A DNA stretch of 52,961 nt from contig JAQGDQ010001240.1 in NCBI GenBank assembly GCA_030141605.1, forward strand, positions 1 through 52,961, in the 5' to 3' direction. The position numbers and the translations under genes are program-made. This DNA comes from Tubiluchus corallicola. Lineage: Eukaryota; Animalia; Priapulida. This document shows positions 13,466-25,669 of this stretch, one piece after another (positions within the stretch are counted from its first letter, which is position 1; every line of letters begins with the position of its first letter). A model generated the notes under the pieces. It had not been told where the DNA came from. It searched no databases and worked only from the letters and a program-made list of their open reading frames with translations.

Positions 13466-14224
13466 ATGGCGACTAAATCTCCAGCACCTGAAGCTCAGCA
13501 TGTGTCTATTGATACCTATAATGCTTTAGCAAATCAATTTCATGAGTTGAGTCAAAGATGCGAGAATAGTGATAAAATCTTACAAACCCAAGCTGCTCAG
13601 ATTTTAAAACAGGGAGAGAGAATAGGTGATTTGAAACGGGCTAGTGATCAGACCCAATTTTTATGTGAATTGGGCACTCATCTAAAAGACACTAAAGTAC
13701 AACAAACATTAATTCACCAAATTCAACACTTACCGAAATTTTCAGGAGAACCCGGCACTCTCAAATATAGAGATTGGATTGATAATATAGAGCAGTCTCT
13801 AAACTTAACCCCTACATTATTGACATCAAGGGACACCGCCTATAAGCATTTAATTTTGGGCACTTCAACAGGGGCAGCCGCAAACTTTGTGAGTAAATAC
13901 CCAAACCTTGAGACGAGAACAGCACAAGAATTACGAAACGCCCTAAGAGACCTATACGCGGACCGACTAGAAATTAATAAGGCTTTCATTGGATTAACTC
14001 GAGCTAGGCAACAGAAGGGGGAGACCATACAGGCTTTTGGCGACAGGATACTCAAATTAGCAAGAATAGCAAAAACGTCAGAAGATGAAATTGTAGACCC
14101 AGCCTTTCAATCATTTTTGGTACAATTATTTACACTGGGTATACGAGGGGACCAGGTGCGTCAATACTTACTCAGAGAGACCCCCCCCCCGAACCCTAAC
14201 TTTGGCAATTACAGAGGCCGCTAA
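13466..14224 (+). CDS. gag: Ty3/gypsy-type Gag (capsid), C-terminally truncated
   Basis: N-terminal coiled coil; LPKFSGE...WIDNIE; MHR-like QQKGETIQAFGDRI; LFTLGIR; lies downstream of LTR and PBS. Confidence 0.88.
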   Translation: MATKSPAPEAQHVSIDTYNALANQFHELSQRCENSDKILQTQAAQILKQGERIGDLKRASDQTQFLCELGTHLKDTKVQQTLIHQIQHLPKFSGEPGTLKYRDWIDNIEQSLNLTPTLLTSRDTAYKHLILGTSTGAAANFVSKYPNLETRTAQELRNALRDLYADRLEINKAFIGLTRARQQKGETIQAFGDRILKLARIAKTSEDEIVDPAFQSFLVQLFTLGIRGDQVRQYLLRETPPPNPNFGNYRGR

Positions 14225-14275
14225 CAGAGGGGCCCCGGTGGAGATGTGTCAATATCTTAGATCGTGCTTTCCAGA

Positions 14276-14347
14276 TATATGATCCAATTGTATCGGTGCG
14301 ATTAGCAGCCATCTGGCATTAGAAACTGGAGTATTCAATTTCTGTTT
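14276..14347 (-). pseudogene. Inverted env N-terminal fragment
   Basis: Encodes KQKLNTPVSNARWLLIAPIQLDHI, identical at the protein level to the env frame at 29033-29104. Confidence 0.85.
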
Positions 14348-14978
14348 ATAGCCGTTGGTTTACAGCCAACTTCACCACGCTTTGGAAAGTCCTCCAAATC
14401 TCGTAGGAACTGCCTCAAAGCTAAACTTAATTATCGTGTCAAATCTATCAATCAAATGGCAAATCAGCTTCTACCTGTCGCCGTAAGGATTACAACTCAA
14501 AAGGCACGTCAGCAACACGAATTGCAAACATTACCTTTCGATGACCAGAAAATTCTACTAAAATCTGGCGCTCCAAGTATAATTCTAATTTGGCTAAATA
14601 CATTTGTTAATTTCGTGTCGCTCGCACAAGAAATAGTGCCACAACATCAACTCAGAGATTTCGATGAGTTTACACAATAACTTTATAGAACTGCACAGGC
14701 GATTATGCTAGTTAGGCCAACGCAAGACGAATTGGAAATGTTAACAAATATTTTACTATATGACTCAACTTGCCCTAATTTACAACGACCTGACCGAGTA
14801 GCTAATTTGCATTCCATGTGGATAGAACGATTTAACCATGAGATTCCCCTCACAAACGGCGGCTCTAAGCAATTTCCAGGCTTTGTACCATGCTGTAATT
14901 GCTTTTGCGACCCGACTGCAGTCTTCGCAATTGACCTCAGATCAAAATACTTATTTTCAAGTAAAGGAAGAGAATGAA
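14348..14978 (+). pseudogene. Nuclear receptor remnant (hinge + LBD) in copy A
   Basis: IAVGLQPTSP...MANQLLPVAV...DQKILLK homologous to 32857-33512; CAA>TAA at 14678 and frameshifting deletions near 14850. Confidence 0.88.
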
Positions 14979-15770
14979 TGAAGGATGAATAGAACGAAGG
15001 ATGAATAATGTTGTGTACTTATATTTTGAAATGAATTCAATGACGTTGTGTACTTATATTTTGAAATGAAATCATGAATAATGTTGTGTACTTATATTTT
15101 GAAATGAATTCAATAATGTTGTGTACTTATATTTTGAAATGAATTCAATGACGTTGTGTACTTATATTTTGAAATGAAATGATGAATAATATCATGTTGA
15201 ATAATTTTGCATGACGTTGTGTATTTATAGTTTGTATGATGATGATTCATTGATGTCAGGTTGTCACTTATACTTTTGATGACCGTGATTGATGATTGAT
15301 GACCTGCAAGGTTGTCATTTATATTTTATGACGGTGATTGATGAATAAGGTTATCATTTATATTTTATGATGGTGATTGATGATTATGGTTGTCATTTAT
15401 ATTTTATGACGGTGATTGATGAATAAGGTTGTCATTTATATTTTGACGGTGATTGATGACTCAGGTTGTCACTTATATTGTATGATGATGATTGATGATT
15501 CAGGATGTCAATTGATGACTCATATATATTTTGCATTTTGTATGATGATGATTCATTGATGACTCATTTATGCATTTTGGATACGGATACACTGAGCCCT
15601 TTACTGAGTCATTTATATTTTGAAATGATTCGTGACTTACATCATTTATGATTTACAATTGGTATGATCCATGTAAATTTATGATTTGTATCTTGAGCTT
15701 GATTTGTTTACTTATATATTAGAAACTTTGATAAATGTTGCATATATGTACCGACCTTGAATTAAACATT

Positions 15771-16244
15771 AGTAAAATTTATAAGCTATGTTTATGAGCT
15801 GTGTCGCGTATAGTGGTAGTACTTGTTGGTGGATTATTGACGAGGCCGCAGCCGTTTATTGACTTTAGGTGGTGACAAAGCTATAAGATCTGGATTGATG
15901 AGCGACTAACACATTTATTTCACAATAACATATTACATGGTAAGATACATATCATAGCTCTGCCAAACCGCCCAAGATCTGTTCCTGCTTCCTCGAGATT
16001 CCCCGTGATCTCATCTCTCATTCCACTTGGCTACCTTCAGCTTTTTGGACTCACAGCGCATGCGTTATAATTGTTGCTAGTCTGACAATTCAGACGGGCA
16101 ATGTCCATATATGGAACTCAGTCACATGACAGCCGCACCTAAAATCATGGCTTCATTTCTACATATCCCTCATATCCCCTTCATAGAGTCGTTTCATTAC
16201 TGAACTACTAATACTAATCATACAATTATCATCTTCTCTTTACT
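15771..16244 (-). mobile_element. 3' LTR of copy B (474 bp), PPT at 16245-16254
   Basis: AGT...ACT termini; GGGAGAAAGG immediately upstream on the minus strand. Confidence 0.92.
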
Positions 16245-17467
16245 CCTTTCTCCCTAGAAGGAAGTTAGTTCCCTCGGGGCTGGCAGATTAGATAATTTTA
16301 ATATTATATCATAATTAAAATATCTAGGCAACCCGAATGTCCTTGTGAGTATGGAGGCACGAGGCTTGCTCGTCCTTATACTAAACTATACATTTATAAC
16401 ATTGATAACAGTAATATGGACATGTGAGGTATACCGGTTACAACTAGTATAGCAAGCAATTTTCCTTATCATGTTATCATCCTTAGTAAGTATAACTAGG
16501 CTAATGAGATATATAAATATTATTAAACACACAGTTGATACATACGTGTAACATTTATCAGAGTTTCTAATATATATATGCAACATATATAAGTAAGCGC
16601 ACAATATACGAGTGTATAGGTCCAATTATGCAGTATACTATCCTAATCGATTTTCTTTATCGTATCAACTATGCTATTGAGATATATAGTTATAGGAGTA
16701 ATTATATGAGTTCAACTGATATCATTTAAAATACCATTCCGAATACAAGTCAAGTCAGGATATAAATCATAAATTTACGTAAATCAAGGCAAAATAGATA
16801 TATATGTCATCAGCTATAAGTCATCAGCTGACAACCTGAATCATCAATCATTATCAAACGATATCAATGACAACCTGAAGCATTAGTCACCGTCATAAAA
16901 TATAAATGACAACCTGCAGGTCATCAATCGCGGTCATCAAAAGTATAAGTGACAACCTGACATCAATAAATCATCCGTCATCCATCACGGTCATAAAAGT
17001 ATAAATGACAATCTGACATCAATGAATCATCAATCATTATACCATATAAATACACACGTCGTGCAAAATCAACATTATACTGTTCAACATTTCATTTCAA
17101 AATATAGGAACACAACATTATTGGATGCATTTCAAAATATAAGTATACAACGTTATTCATCATTTCATAATATACGTACACAATCATCTATTTGACATCC
17201 TATATAAGTACGCACGGTTGTTCAATATTTCATCATTTCATCCATAATATAAGTACACAGTGTCATTCAATATCATTCATTTGACATCATATATAAATAC
17301 ACACGGTTATTCAATATTATTCCTTTAACATCATATTATTCATTGAACACACAATGTTATTCATTTATTCATTGAATCTCCATGTTAAAATTGTATCAAA
17401 ATGATCAAAATGTTGAACGTTATTCTTAAAGTTCAAAATATAAGTATACAGTAATGTTATTCATTTT

Positions 17468-18334
17468 TCATTCATTCTCTTCCTCTGTCTGAAAACAAGT
17501 GTTTTGATCCAAGTTGAGCTGAACAGACTTCAGTCGTGTCGCAAAAGCGATTACTGCTTGATATAAAGCCTGGAAGTTGCTTAAAGCCCCCATTTGCGAG
17601 GTGAATCTAGAAGGCCAGTGAAGTGCTATTTCACAATTAAATCGTTCTATCCACCGAGAGTGAAAATGAGCCACTCGGTCTGGACGTTGTAAATTAAGGC
17701 AAGTTGAGTCATAGAGTAAGATGTTTGTTAAGATTTCCAACTCGTCTTGCGTTGGTCTAACTAGCATAATCGCCTGTGCAGTTCTATAAAGTTGTTGTGT
17801 AAACTCATCGAAATCACTGAGTTGATGTTGCGGCACTAATTCTTGGGCGAGCGACACGAAATTAACAAATGTATTTAGCCAAATTAGAATTATGCTTGGT
17901 ACGCCAGATTTTAGTAGAATTTTCTGGTCTTCGACAGGTAATGTTTGTAATTCGGGTTGTTGGCATGCCTTCTGAATTGTGATTCTTACGGCGACAGGTA
18001 GAAGTTGGTTTGCCATCCGGTTAATAGATTTGACACGATAATTAAGTTTAGCTTTGAGACGATTCTGACGAGATTTAGATGACCTCCCAAAACGAGGTGA
18101 AGTTGGCTGTAAACCAACGGCTATACATTTGTTAAATCTACAAAGTTGACAATGACGTCTGGTGTCTGGGGTAATACGACAATTTCCAACACAGCCACGT
18201 TTAGAACATACATTTTTAACGTGCTGCTTTCTGTAAAAAAAATAGCGGCACGCGTTACACGTTAATTTGCCATAGTGTTTAATGAAAGCTGCTGCAGAAC
18301 AGACTAGGCAGCTTTGTATAACCGTGTCTGACAT
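17468..18334 (-). CDS. Nuclear receptor, 288 aa, intronless (copy B)
   Basis: C4 fingers CLVC..HYGKLTCNAC and C..CRITPDTRRHCQLCRFNKC; LBD signature LPVEDQKILLK; intact ORF. Confidence 0.93.
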   Translation of the reverse strand: MSDTVIQSCLVCSAAAFIKHYGKLTCNACRYFFYRKQHVKNVCSKRGCVGNCRITPDTRRHCQLCRFNKCIAVGLQPTSPRFGRSSKSRQNRLKAKLNYRVKSINRMANQLLPVAVRITIQKACQQPELQTLPVEDQKILLKSGVPSIILIWLNTFVNFVSLAQELVPQHQLSDFDEFTQQLYRTAQAIMLVRPTQDELEILTNILLYDSTCLNLQRPDRVAHFHSRWIERFNCEIALHWPSRFTSQMGALSNFQALYQAVIAFATRLKSVQLNLDQNTCFQTEEENE

Positions 18335-18429
18335 GGCTAAACAATTACACAACGTTTTAAACGTCTTTATAATGTAGCGAAGGCCGAATGTTCTTGCACC
18401 ATCAACATATGTTAGTCTAAGGGTTTCTT

Positions 18430-18888
18430 TTAAATTATATCGTCGACACAAATATGTGGTTCTCCCATTAAGTGTTTAAAATAGTTCTGACAGCGCATAA
18501 AGTCCTGATAATTTATAAAGTCCTGACAATTTATAGTAGGTACAGTTGCTTGATTCACATTTTGCGAAACACGATGTTTAATCATCCTCATTGTTAAATA
18601 TCGATCAAAGTACGGTTTAAAGTTAATTACACTCAACGGATATCTTCTAAAATATTTCGTATGCAGTAATTCTAAGATAATAAACTGAGCTCCTTTATAA
18701 TTTACGAGGTAGTAGGTTTTCCTGAAAGGTGGTTTTTGATATGTGTAAGTTACTAATATTCGAATATTAATAATGTTCGAATATTTAGTTTCATATTTAG
18801 TTTCATTGCACTGGTAAATGAAACGTAGAACGAAGTTATTTTTAATGCTGTTCACCGGAACAAAGTTTTCTTTGATGCTGTTCACCAT
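18430..18888 (-). CDS. Accessory ORF, 152 aa, unknown function
   Basis: ATG-initiated ORF in B; the counterpart from ATG 32109 in C is frameshifted by a ~17-bp indel. Confidence 0.45.
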   Translation of the reverse strand: MVNSIKENFVPVNSIKNNFVLRFIYQCNETKYETKYSNIINIRILVTYTYQKPPFRKTYYLVNYKGAQFIILELLHTKYFRRYPLSVINFKPYFDRYLTMRMIKHRVSQNVNQATVPTINCQDFINYQDFMRCQNYFKHLMGEPHICVDDII

Positions 18889-19287
18889 ATATCAACTAGG
18901 GCTCTGGTTTACACAATTTCACAAAATAGTTGTTCTGTAGTTTACGTAGACTAGTTCTAGAACGATTAGCAAACATTAGCAAAGACAGCTGCAAAGTTTG
19001 TTTACTACTATGATCACTGGCTTGGCTTGGCTGCGTCGCTTGGTGTGTACGATGGATTTCCATGCTGACTTCCGGCGGTCGATAGCTGTCTTGTTGAGAT
19101 GAAGCCGGCTGGCTTCTTGCACGTGCTAGGCAGGGTTTTAAGGTTAAGATAAAAAGGGAAAGAATGATATATGGAAAATAGGTTAAGGTATCCAATCATA
19201 CTCATTATACATTTACTCATATATTATTCAAGGCAACATTTCGATTCTTCATCCCTTTTATTGTTACATTTCAATTCTTCATCCCTT

Positions 19288-19446
19288 TTATTGTTTTCCC
19301 ATCAGTTCACATTTTCTTTCCCAGACTGCAAACAGTATTCCCGTTATTATTATGCAGAATACAAGTAGTGTCAAAAGTACGACTGTAATATACGCGCGAC
19401 GTGATATAACTTCGTCAGTAGGGAGATTAGGCCGTAGCGTATTCAT
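19288..19446 (-). CDS. 52-aa single-pass membrane accessory protein (copy B)
   Basis: TTTTGCAG acceptor followed by cATG; hydrophobic AYITVVLLTLLVFCIIITGILFAVW. Confidence 0.55.
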   Translation of the reverse strand: MNTLRPNLPTDEVISRRAYITVVLLTLLVFCIIITGILFAVWERKCELMGKQ

Positions 19447-19849
19447 GCTGCAAAATGAAATATATTTATACATCACAAATTAGTGTTGAATCAAACATTA
19501 TATAAATTATATGGGAGCGAATTTATGAAAGAACTCGTTTTCCAATAAAGGGCGTTTCACAATAACAAGAAGATCTGGTGGAAACGAAAATTCTGTCTGT
19601 GTCTGTTTAGCACAAACAGTGGGTGACAGTTTAGTTGTAGTAAAAACAATTTTTTCGCTGGGTTGACAGGTCAAGTCAGTCTGTGTGTCTTTGGAAGCAG
19701 CTGTTAACGAGTCTGGGATTGGTGGAAGTGGTGGAAGTTTTTTTTTTGAGGTAATGACTATTATGTTAAAATCACGAGATTGCTAATTCTGCAGTTAAAA
19801 GAAAATTTGTCTCTAGGACTTTTAATAAAGATTTATATTCCTTTTACAG

Positions 19850-20080
19850 GAAGAACTAGTGGTGCTTAAACTGAGCAATATTCATGGGATGCCAGTTATG
19901 GCTAATTTACTGACCAAATACGCGCCCGGCCGGGTCCGCTTTATTAACAGAGAGAATTTCTGTATTTGCACCGCGGCACATGAAATAATAGCAATATGGG
20001 ACCTGGCGCGGATGATGAGAGTAGAGAAACGAAACTGGGAAGAGGGGACGGAAGAAAAATGGCTGGCAGTGAAGTACTAA
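19850..20080 (+). pseudogene. Diverged orphan copy of exon 2 of the antisense accessory gene
   Basis: Homologous to 23381-23611 with the acceptor retained; exon 1 removed by a deletion at ~19740. Confidence 0.75.
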
Positions 20081-20271
20081 GAAAAAGTGGAAAATTAAAA
20101 AAAAAATTTTTTAAAAAAATCCTAAAATTTGAAAAAAAAAGTATTTATCCTTTATGTGGACCTATTATATATAGAAGTATGACTATGCATTAAACTATTT
20201 GTGTTACGGACCAAGAAAAAAAACAACTATTTGTGCAATGGATCTAGTAACCAAAAAAAAACTGTTTGTGT

Positions 20272-22233
20272 TTATGGTGTCATAGGCGGAGTATTGGGTT
20301 TGTTAGAATGGGTACCGCGGGGTGGTTTAGCCTTGGTAGAAGTTGGTTTGGTGTTTATAAGACGGGGGCAACATGCTGTCTTAATTTTCGTACGACAAGT
20401 CACATAAATTATAATAAAGATTATAATAAGTGCTATAAATAAGTATGTTGTCAATGATGCACCCTTATGATTGGAAAAGTCAACCGGTTTGGTTTTGAAT
20501 AATTCATCAGTGTGGTCCAAAAACTTCTGTCGTTTTAATAAGAGATTTTGACTACCTTTAAGAGAAAAGTCAAGTGGTTCATCCTCTGTCATTCGTGACG
20601 GCAGAGCTTGCAGTGTTTGAAGTGTTCCTATCGTAAAATTACTTCCTAATAAATCAACGTTCCAAGTACTTAAATTAAGTGCCGTATCTAAGATTGTTTG
20701 GATGTCCGTTTGAGTTAAAGTAAGGTCTGAATGATTCTTAAAATATATTGGTAAATTTGCATATTTAGAAGATAGGCCACACCCTGATTCTAACTGCAGG
20801 ATCATCGGGTTCTTGATGGTGAGGGGGGTGCCAATCTTATGAGCCTGGCGGGGTACGTAACAAGATTTTATGGCTTGAATTTCAAAACTCGGGCTAATAT
20901 AATAAGTATTCTCAGTTAGAGGTATAATAACTGGTCCAAGTTTATTAATAATTCTTGCTCGTTGATCACAAAATAAATCTATTTTAATAGTGTCCTTGAA
21001 AAACAATGCCGCTGTACATGATTCTATTCTATCTGCAGGAAAAATTGGCGTTGGTGCTAACTTACAGATACGTTTTGGGCTTTGAATACAAGCAAAGGCT
21101 TCATCTTTGGCTGGGAAAAAATATAGTGACTGCTCAATATTCGTAGCAATATACTGATGATCAATTTGGTTATATAGATAAACAGGTTTATTAATATTGG
21201 TTGATGTCCGACGGACTGGGATCGATATTGCTTCAAAAATTTGATAGATGTGATTGACATGATATAAATCTAATGTTGTTAGGATAGCAAACCCTCCGGG
21301 AATTTGAATAGGTAATGCCGACATTGTTTCGTAATAATAGAATAATTGATTATTTATATCGGCTGGAAATATTAGGCTCTGTGGTAGCTGGTCCTCAATT
21401 TGTTTAAGAGACTTTTGAAGGTGTATAGGGGTTATTAAAGTTGGGGGTAATTTATTAAGAATTAGTTGATGTAAACCTTGGGATAACGAATTCAATTCTT
21501 GATCAATGATTTCTAAGCTATAGATAAAGTGATCAAACAGCAAATTTGTTTGCAAGAATGTAAACAATTTATGTTGAGTTTTAGTCAAGTCATCAGTAAA
21601 CTGTTTTGACAGTTTGTTAATGTAATGTCGAGTTTGAACTGATGCGTTCACTAAGTCATAAATTAACTCTGTATTTCTAGCAGAGCGAATTAGCGAGCTA
21701 TTGATAAGGGCTAGGTTATTTTCTAAAATATCTTGCGTGTTTTGTTGCGTATTAAAGATACTCGTAATCTGATCTTGAAGATTTCGAAGATCTTCTTCAC
21801 TCGCGGTTCCGATTAAAAATTTGAATGCCTTTCCTAGATTCGGAAAAATGCTTCGTTTGACGACGTGAGATTCATGGGCAGACGAGGCTATTAAATTCTT
21901 AATGGAATTTAAACGAAATTGTTGATTTCTGATTCTATTTTTAATAGCAGTTTTAAAGGCTTTAATCACTGTGACAGGTTTTTTAATTAATCTTAATTGT
22001 TGAATTTCGGAAAGCGTTCTAGTGAGAAATTCTTGAATGTGGTCCAACTGTATCGGCGCAATAAGTAGCCATCTTGCATTAGAAACTGGAGTATTTAATT
22101 TCTGTTTAAATATAACCCCTGGGCCTGTTTTAAAGGGAGCTGGATTTGGGAATGATTGTAAGGAATTAGAATGTACAGATTTAAGAATATTGCCAATATT
22201 AGGATTTTGTATAAAAGGTTTGTAGTACTGGTC
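20272..22233 (-). CDS. env: Env fusion glycoprotein (errantivirus/baculovirus-F type), copy B
   Basis: Reverse complement of the copy C env; stop codon created at the rearrangement junction (20276). Confidence 0.88.
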   Translation of the reverse strand, partial: DQYYKPFIQNPNIGNILKSVHSNSLQSFPNPAPFKTGPGVIFKQKLNTPVSNARWLLIAPIQLDHIQEFLTRTLSEIQQLRLIKKPVTVIKAFKTAIKNRIRNQQFRLNSIKNLIASSAHESHVVKRSIFPNLGKAFKFLIGTASEEDLRNLQDQITSIFNTQQNTQDILENNLALINSSLIRSARNTELIYDLVNASVQTRHYINKLSKQFTDDLTKTQHKLFTFLQTNLLFDHFIYSLEIIDQELNSLSQGLHQLILNKLPPTLITPIHLQKSLKQIEDQLPQSLIFPADINNQLFYYYETMSALPIQIPGGFAILTTLDLYHVNHIYQIFEAISIPVRRTSTNINKPVYLYNQIDHQYIATNIEQSLYFFPAKDEAFACIQSPKRICKLAPTPIFPADRIESCTAALFFKDTIKIDLFCDQRARIINKLGPVIIPLTENTYYISPSFEIQAIKSCYVPRQAHKIGTPLTIKNPMILQLESGCGLSSKYANLPIYFKNHSDLTLTQTDIQTILDTALNLSTWNVDLLGSNFTIGTLQTLQALPSRMTEDEPLDFSLKGSQNLLLKRQKFLDHTDELFKTKPVDFSNHKGASLTTYLFIALIIIFIIIYVTCRTKIKTACCPRLINTKPTSTKAKPPRGTHSNKPNTPPMTP

Positions 22234-23056
22234 CTGGAAAAAAAATTCAAAAGGAATATTATTCAGGTTGTCCTATACAGATCATTTCTATGACTCTAAA
22301 TTAGTAAGGTTAGAATAAATTTAAGATAAACTTACGTATTTCCTGAAAGTTCCATACTCTTTTTTTTTTCACAAAAATTCAAATTATGAGATGGTGAGAT
22401 TAACATGTATTCACAGCAAAAATTATTAAGATTAATGTGTATTCAAGGCAAAATTATCTTAACGTCTATTCAGAGTCCCTTACTATAAGAAAAATCTGGA
22501 TGAATGGATTTAGTAGGTAACGGACAGTTATTTTAAAGGTGTATCCCTGGCGCATGTGCGCATGCGTAAATAAGTGTGGCTCAATTAACAATCTCGACTT
22601 ATTTGGTGAGTCTTGAAATCCGATCAGCGTTGATCAAAGGGGGGCGAGTGAAGCACGTGTCCACTTGCAATAATTTTGGCCTGGACAGCTAATAGTAAAA
22701 ACAATTCATCTTTCTTCTTAAAGCCAGTTAATGTCCGTGGGAAAAGATTTTGCAGTCCCCTTTCTCAGGATAAGTTGTAGATCAGAATGGTCGTTAAGCT
22801 TCGGTTTTGCGTCTAGGGTTTTCACTATTAGTACTTTTATCGCTTAGTAATGAGCATTGGGGCCCAAACGGAGTCAAATTCTATACGCAGTATACGAAAG
22901 TTCCCAGGCCTCTCACATAAAAGAGACTTGCAGTTGTTGGTCAGTCCCTCTTCGTAATTTCTGTTCGTGTGGTCAAGGCGTCTTAATCAGTTGTGCAAAG
23001 TATTCAGTTTTTTTTCTAGTTTCACCAGTTTTACTAGTTTCAAAATAATAATAAAA

Positions 23057-23611
23057 ATGGAATGTGAAGTACCGAGAGATGCCTACTTATTGGCAGTAGA
23101 GCTCGAAATTACGAGCGGGAACTTTTACGATGTTTTGGATGAACGGGCACAGTTGCATGACCAACTTAGTCGTGCTCTAAAAATGACGTACTTGCCTGGC
23201 ACATGCGAGCTTTTCTGCGGCAAGTCCATCATTGATGGAGTAAGTAATGGTTTTTTTTTTGTTTTGTTTTTTTTTTTTGAGGTAAGGACTATTATGTTAA
23301 AATCACTAGATTGCTAATTCTGCAGTTAAAAGAAAATTTGTCTCGAGGACTTTTAATAAAGATTTATATTCCTTTTACAGGAAGAACTAGTGGTGCTAAA
23401 ACTGAGCAGTATTCATGGGATGCCAGTTATGGCAAATTTACTGACCAAATACGCGCCCGGCCGGGTCCGCTTTATCAACCGAGAGAATTTTTGTATCTGC
23501 ACCGCGGCACATAACATAATAACAATATGGGACCTGGCACGGGTGATGAGAGTATATAAACGCAACTGGGAGGAGGGAACGGAAGAAAGGTGGTTAGCGG
23601 TGAAGTGCTAA
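23057..23611 (+). CDS. Two-exon gene antisense to the element, 137 aa, unknown function (exons 23057-23239, 23381-23611)
   Basis: ATG...GATGGA|GTAAGT and CCTTTTACAG|GAAGAA define a phase-0 intron joining two ORFs; synonymous bias versus 19850-20080. Confidence 0.75.
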
Positions 23612-25470
23612 GAAAAGTGGAAAATTAAAAAAAAATTTAAAAAAAATCCTAAAATTTGAAAAGAAAAAAAAATATTTATCCTTTATGTGGACATATCATA
23701 TATATATAGAAGTGTGACTATGCATTATGGATCAAGGCGGATCGCAAGGAAGGTATGTTTGTATTTAGCATCATAAGTCATTATACAATAATCGAATATT
23801 CGCTGATTAGAGTCTACAAGGAAAATACCTTTTTTTTTCTACTGCATGAAGAATTACTAATTTGGTGATAATACTCTGCGTTGATGAGTCCGCGCGTTCG
23901 GTTTTAACAGACACTTGTCTAGACTATATATAATCTTTTATCATTGTCTAGTGATGCGCGTAATTTGCCGTAATTAACTAGGGGTGAGTTGAATTATAGC
24001 TAAACGTGAGATGGATTATATTTTCTGACAGTTAGTTGGTTTTAACTTTCTCGTAAATGGTCGTTAGAATTTAAAATGTATAAGTTATAAATGGTCATTT
24101 TTATCCGTTTTGAAATGATTGTAGTAATTAAAACTCTAGACTAAAACGTTTGATCAATACATTTATTCAAGTCGGTTATCTGAATTAGAAATTCCGAGTT
24201 TAATCTAGCTATAATCTTAGTTTAATATGTTGGTTATTCGTTCTAGTACTTCAATGGGGCTTGTTGAATAGAAATTCTTTTTATAGAGTAATACAGCGTA
24301 AATGTTCGTTGCTGTGTTAAGTATTTATTTAATTACACTTAGTGATATACCGTAAGATATCCTCCTAATGTCGATAAAACAATATCTAAATACTCTTTTT
24401 GAAATATTCTTTAAAATCGTTACAGCAATACACAATTATTCTGTCAATCATTAGAACGTTGTGCAAATATTCTTGAATCATTTAAGCAATATCCCTCTCT
24501 GGAACTTGTGTAGTTGTTAAGTAAATTTATACGCTACATTATCTGAAGGGAAGCGCATTAAATAAAAGTCTCTGAGTGTCTTTAGGCGTGGTAAGCCCCA
24601 GTGTAAGTTTATGTGACGTTTAGAAGCATAACATTGGGCGTCATTCACGGGGGGCCATTTTATGGGCTAAGACTTTTAGCGCTCATATGGTTCGTTGCCG
24701 TGTATGTACCCAGCATGTATCAGTAGGAATGAAACACGATCTTTATATGGCTTCTAGGAGAGAAGTATTCTTAAAGCTTGGGAATCCTGGGTCGTAAATT
24801 ACGAAAGTGAAAGTCATGAATGAAACACGACGCCTGCGTGGCTCAGCGCGGTTTCTTAGTGAAACTTCTTAAGAGTCCGCGTGTCATAAATTAAGAAAAT
24901 GAAAGTCTGATCGCCTTCTATGTAAAGTCATGAGTGAGGGGGGGGGACGGCTTCATGTTAATGTTCGTAATGTACTTACCGATATATATTCTTGTGGTGT
25001 TAAGTCGTGTCCGGGCTTGAACTGGTACTAAATGTTTTGAACTCATACTAAATGTTTTAATAAAATAGTTGCATGAACAGCCTCGATATGCATAAGCATG
25101 CCGTATGTGACATTTAAACGTCACACACGGGAAATGCTCTCCCGGGAATCGAAAAATGTTCATACTCTAAACACTTTCGTTATACATAAAACTTGTACTT
25201 ACCTTATACATAAAGAAACATGATTGATGACGTTCTCGTCCTTAAAATGGTACTATTCTATTTTATAGCACTAAGGTATTACCTTATAATATAAAAATGC
25301 TTTGATTGTAACAGTAATATTAAACGTTAAAGTATGACCTTATAATACATGGTAACTTTAACTGTAACATTAATATTATTTTAGTTATTGTTTGCAAAAT
25401 TTTCGGCGTAATGTTTTAAAGATGCCTGGTTTTTGCAACTTAATTAAATTAATTCTGGCACGCTTACCAG

Positions 25471-25669
25471 NNNNNNNNNNNNNNNNNNNNNNNNNNNNNN
25501 NNNNNNNNNNNNNNNNNNNNNNNNNNNNNNNNNNNNNNNNNNNNNNNNNNNNNNNNNNNNNNNNNNNNNNNNNNNNNNNNNNNNNNNNNNNNNNNNNNNN
25601 NNNNNNNNNNNNNNNNNNNNNNNNNNNNNNNNNNNNNNNNNNNNNNNNNNNNNNNNNNNNNNNNNNNNN
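25471..25669. other. Assembly gap (199 N)
   Basis: Run of N at the centre of an inverted duplication. Confidence 0.99.

Larger units (their letters stand above)
12863..15750 (+). mobile_element. Copy A: internally deleted and rearranged LTR element
   Basis: Order: partial LTR, PBS, gag, inverted env fragment, nuclear-receptor remnant, 3' UTR repeats homologous to 33513-34500. Confidence 0.85.
15771..25470 (-). mobile_element. Copy B of env/nuclear-receptor LTR element (3' half, runs into gap)
   Basis: Reverse-complement homolog of copy C with 3' LTR, PPT, NR, accessory ORFs and env. Confidence 0.9.
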
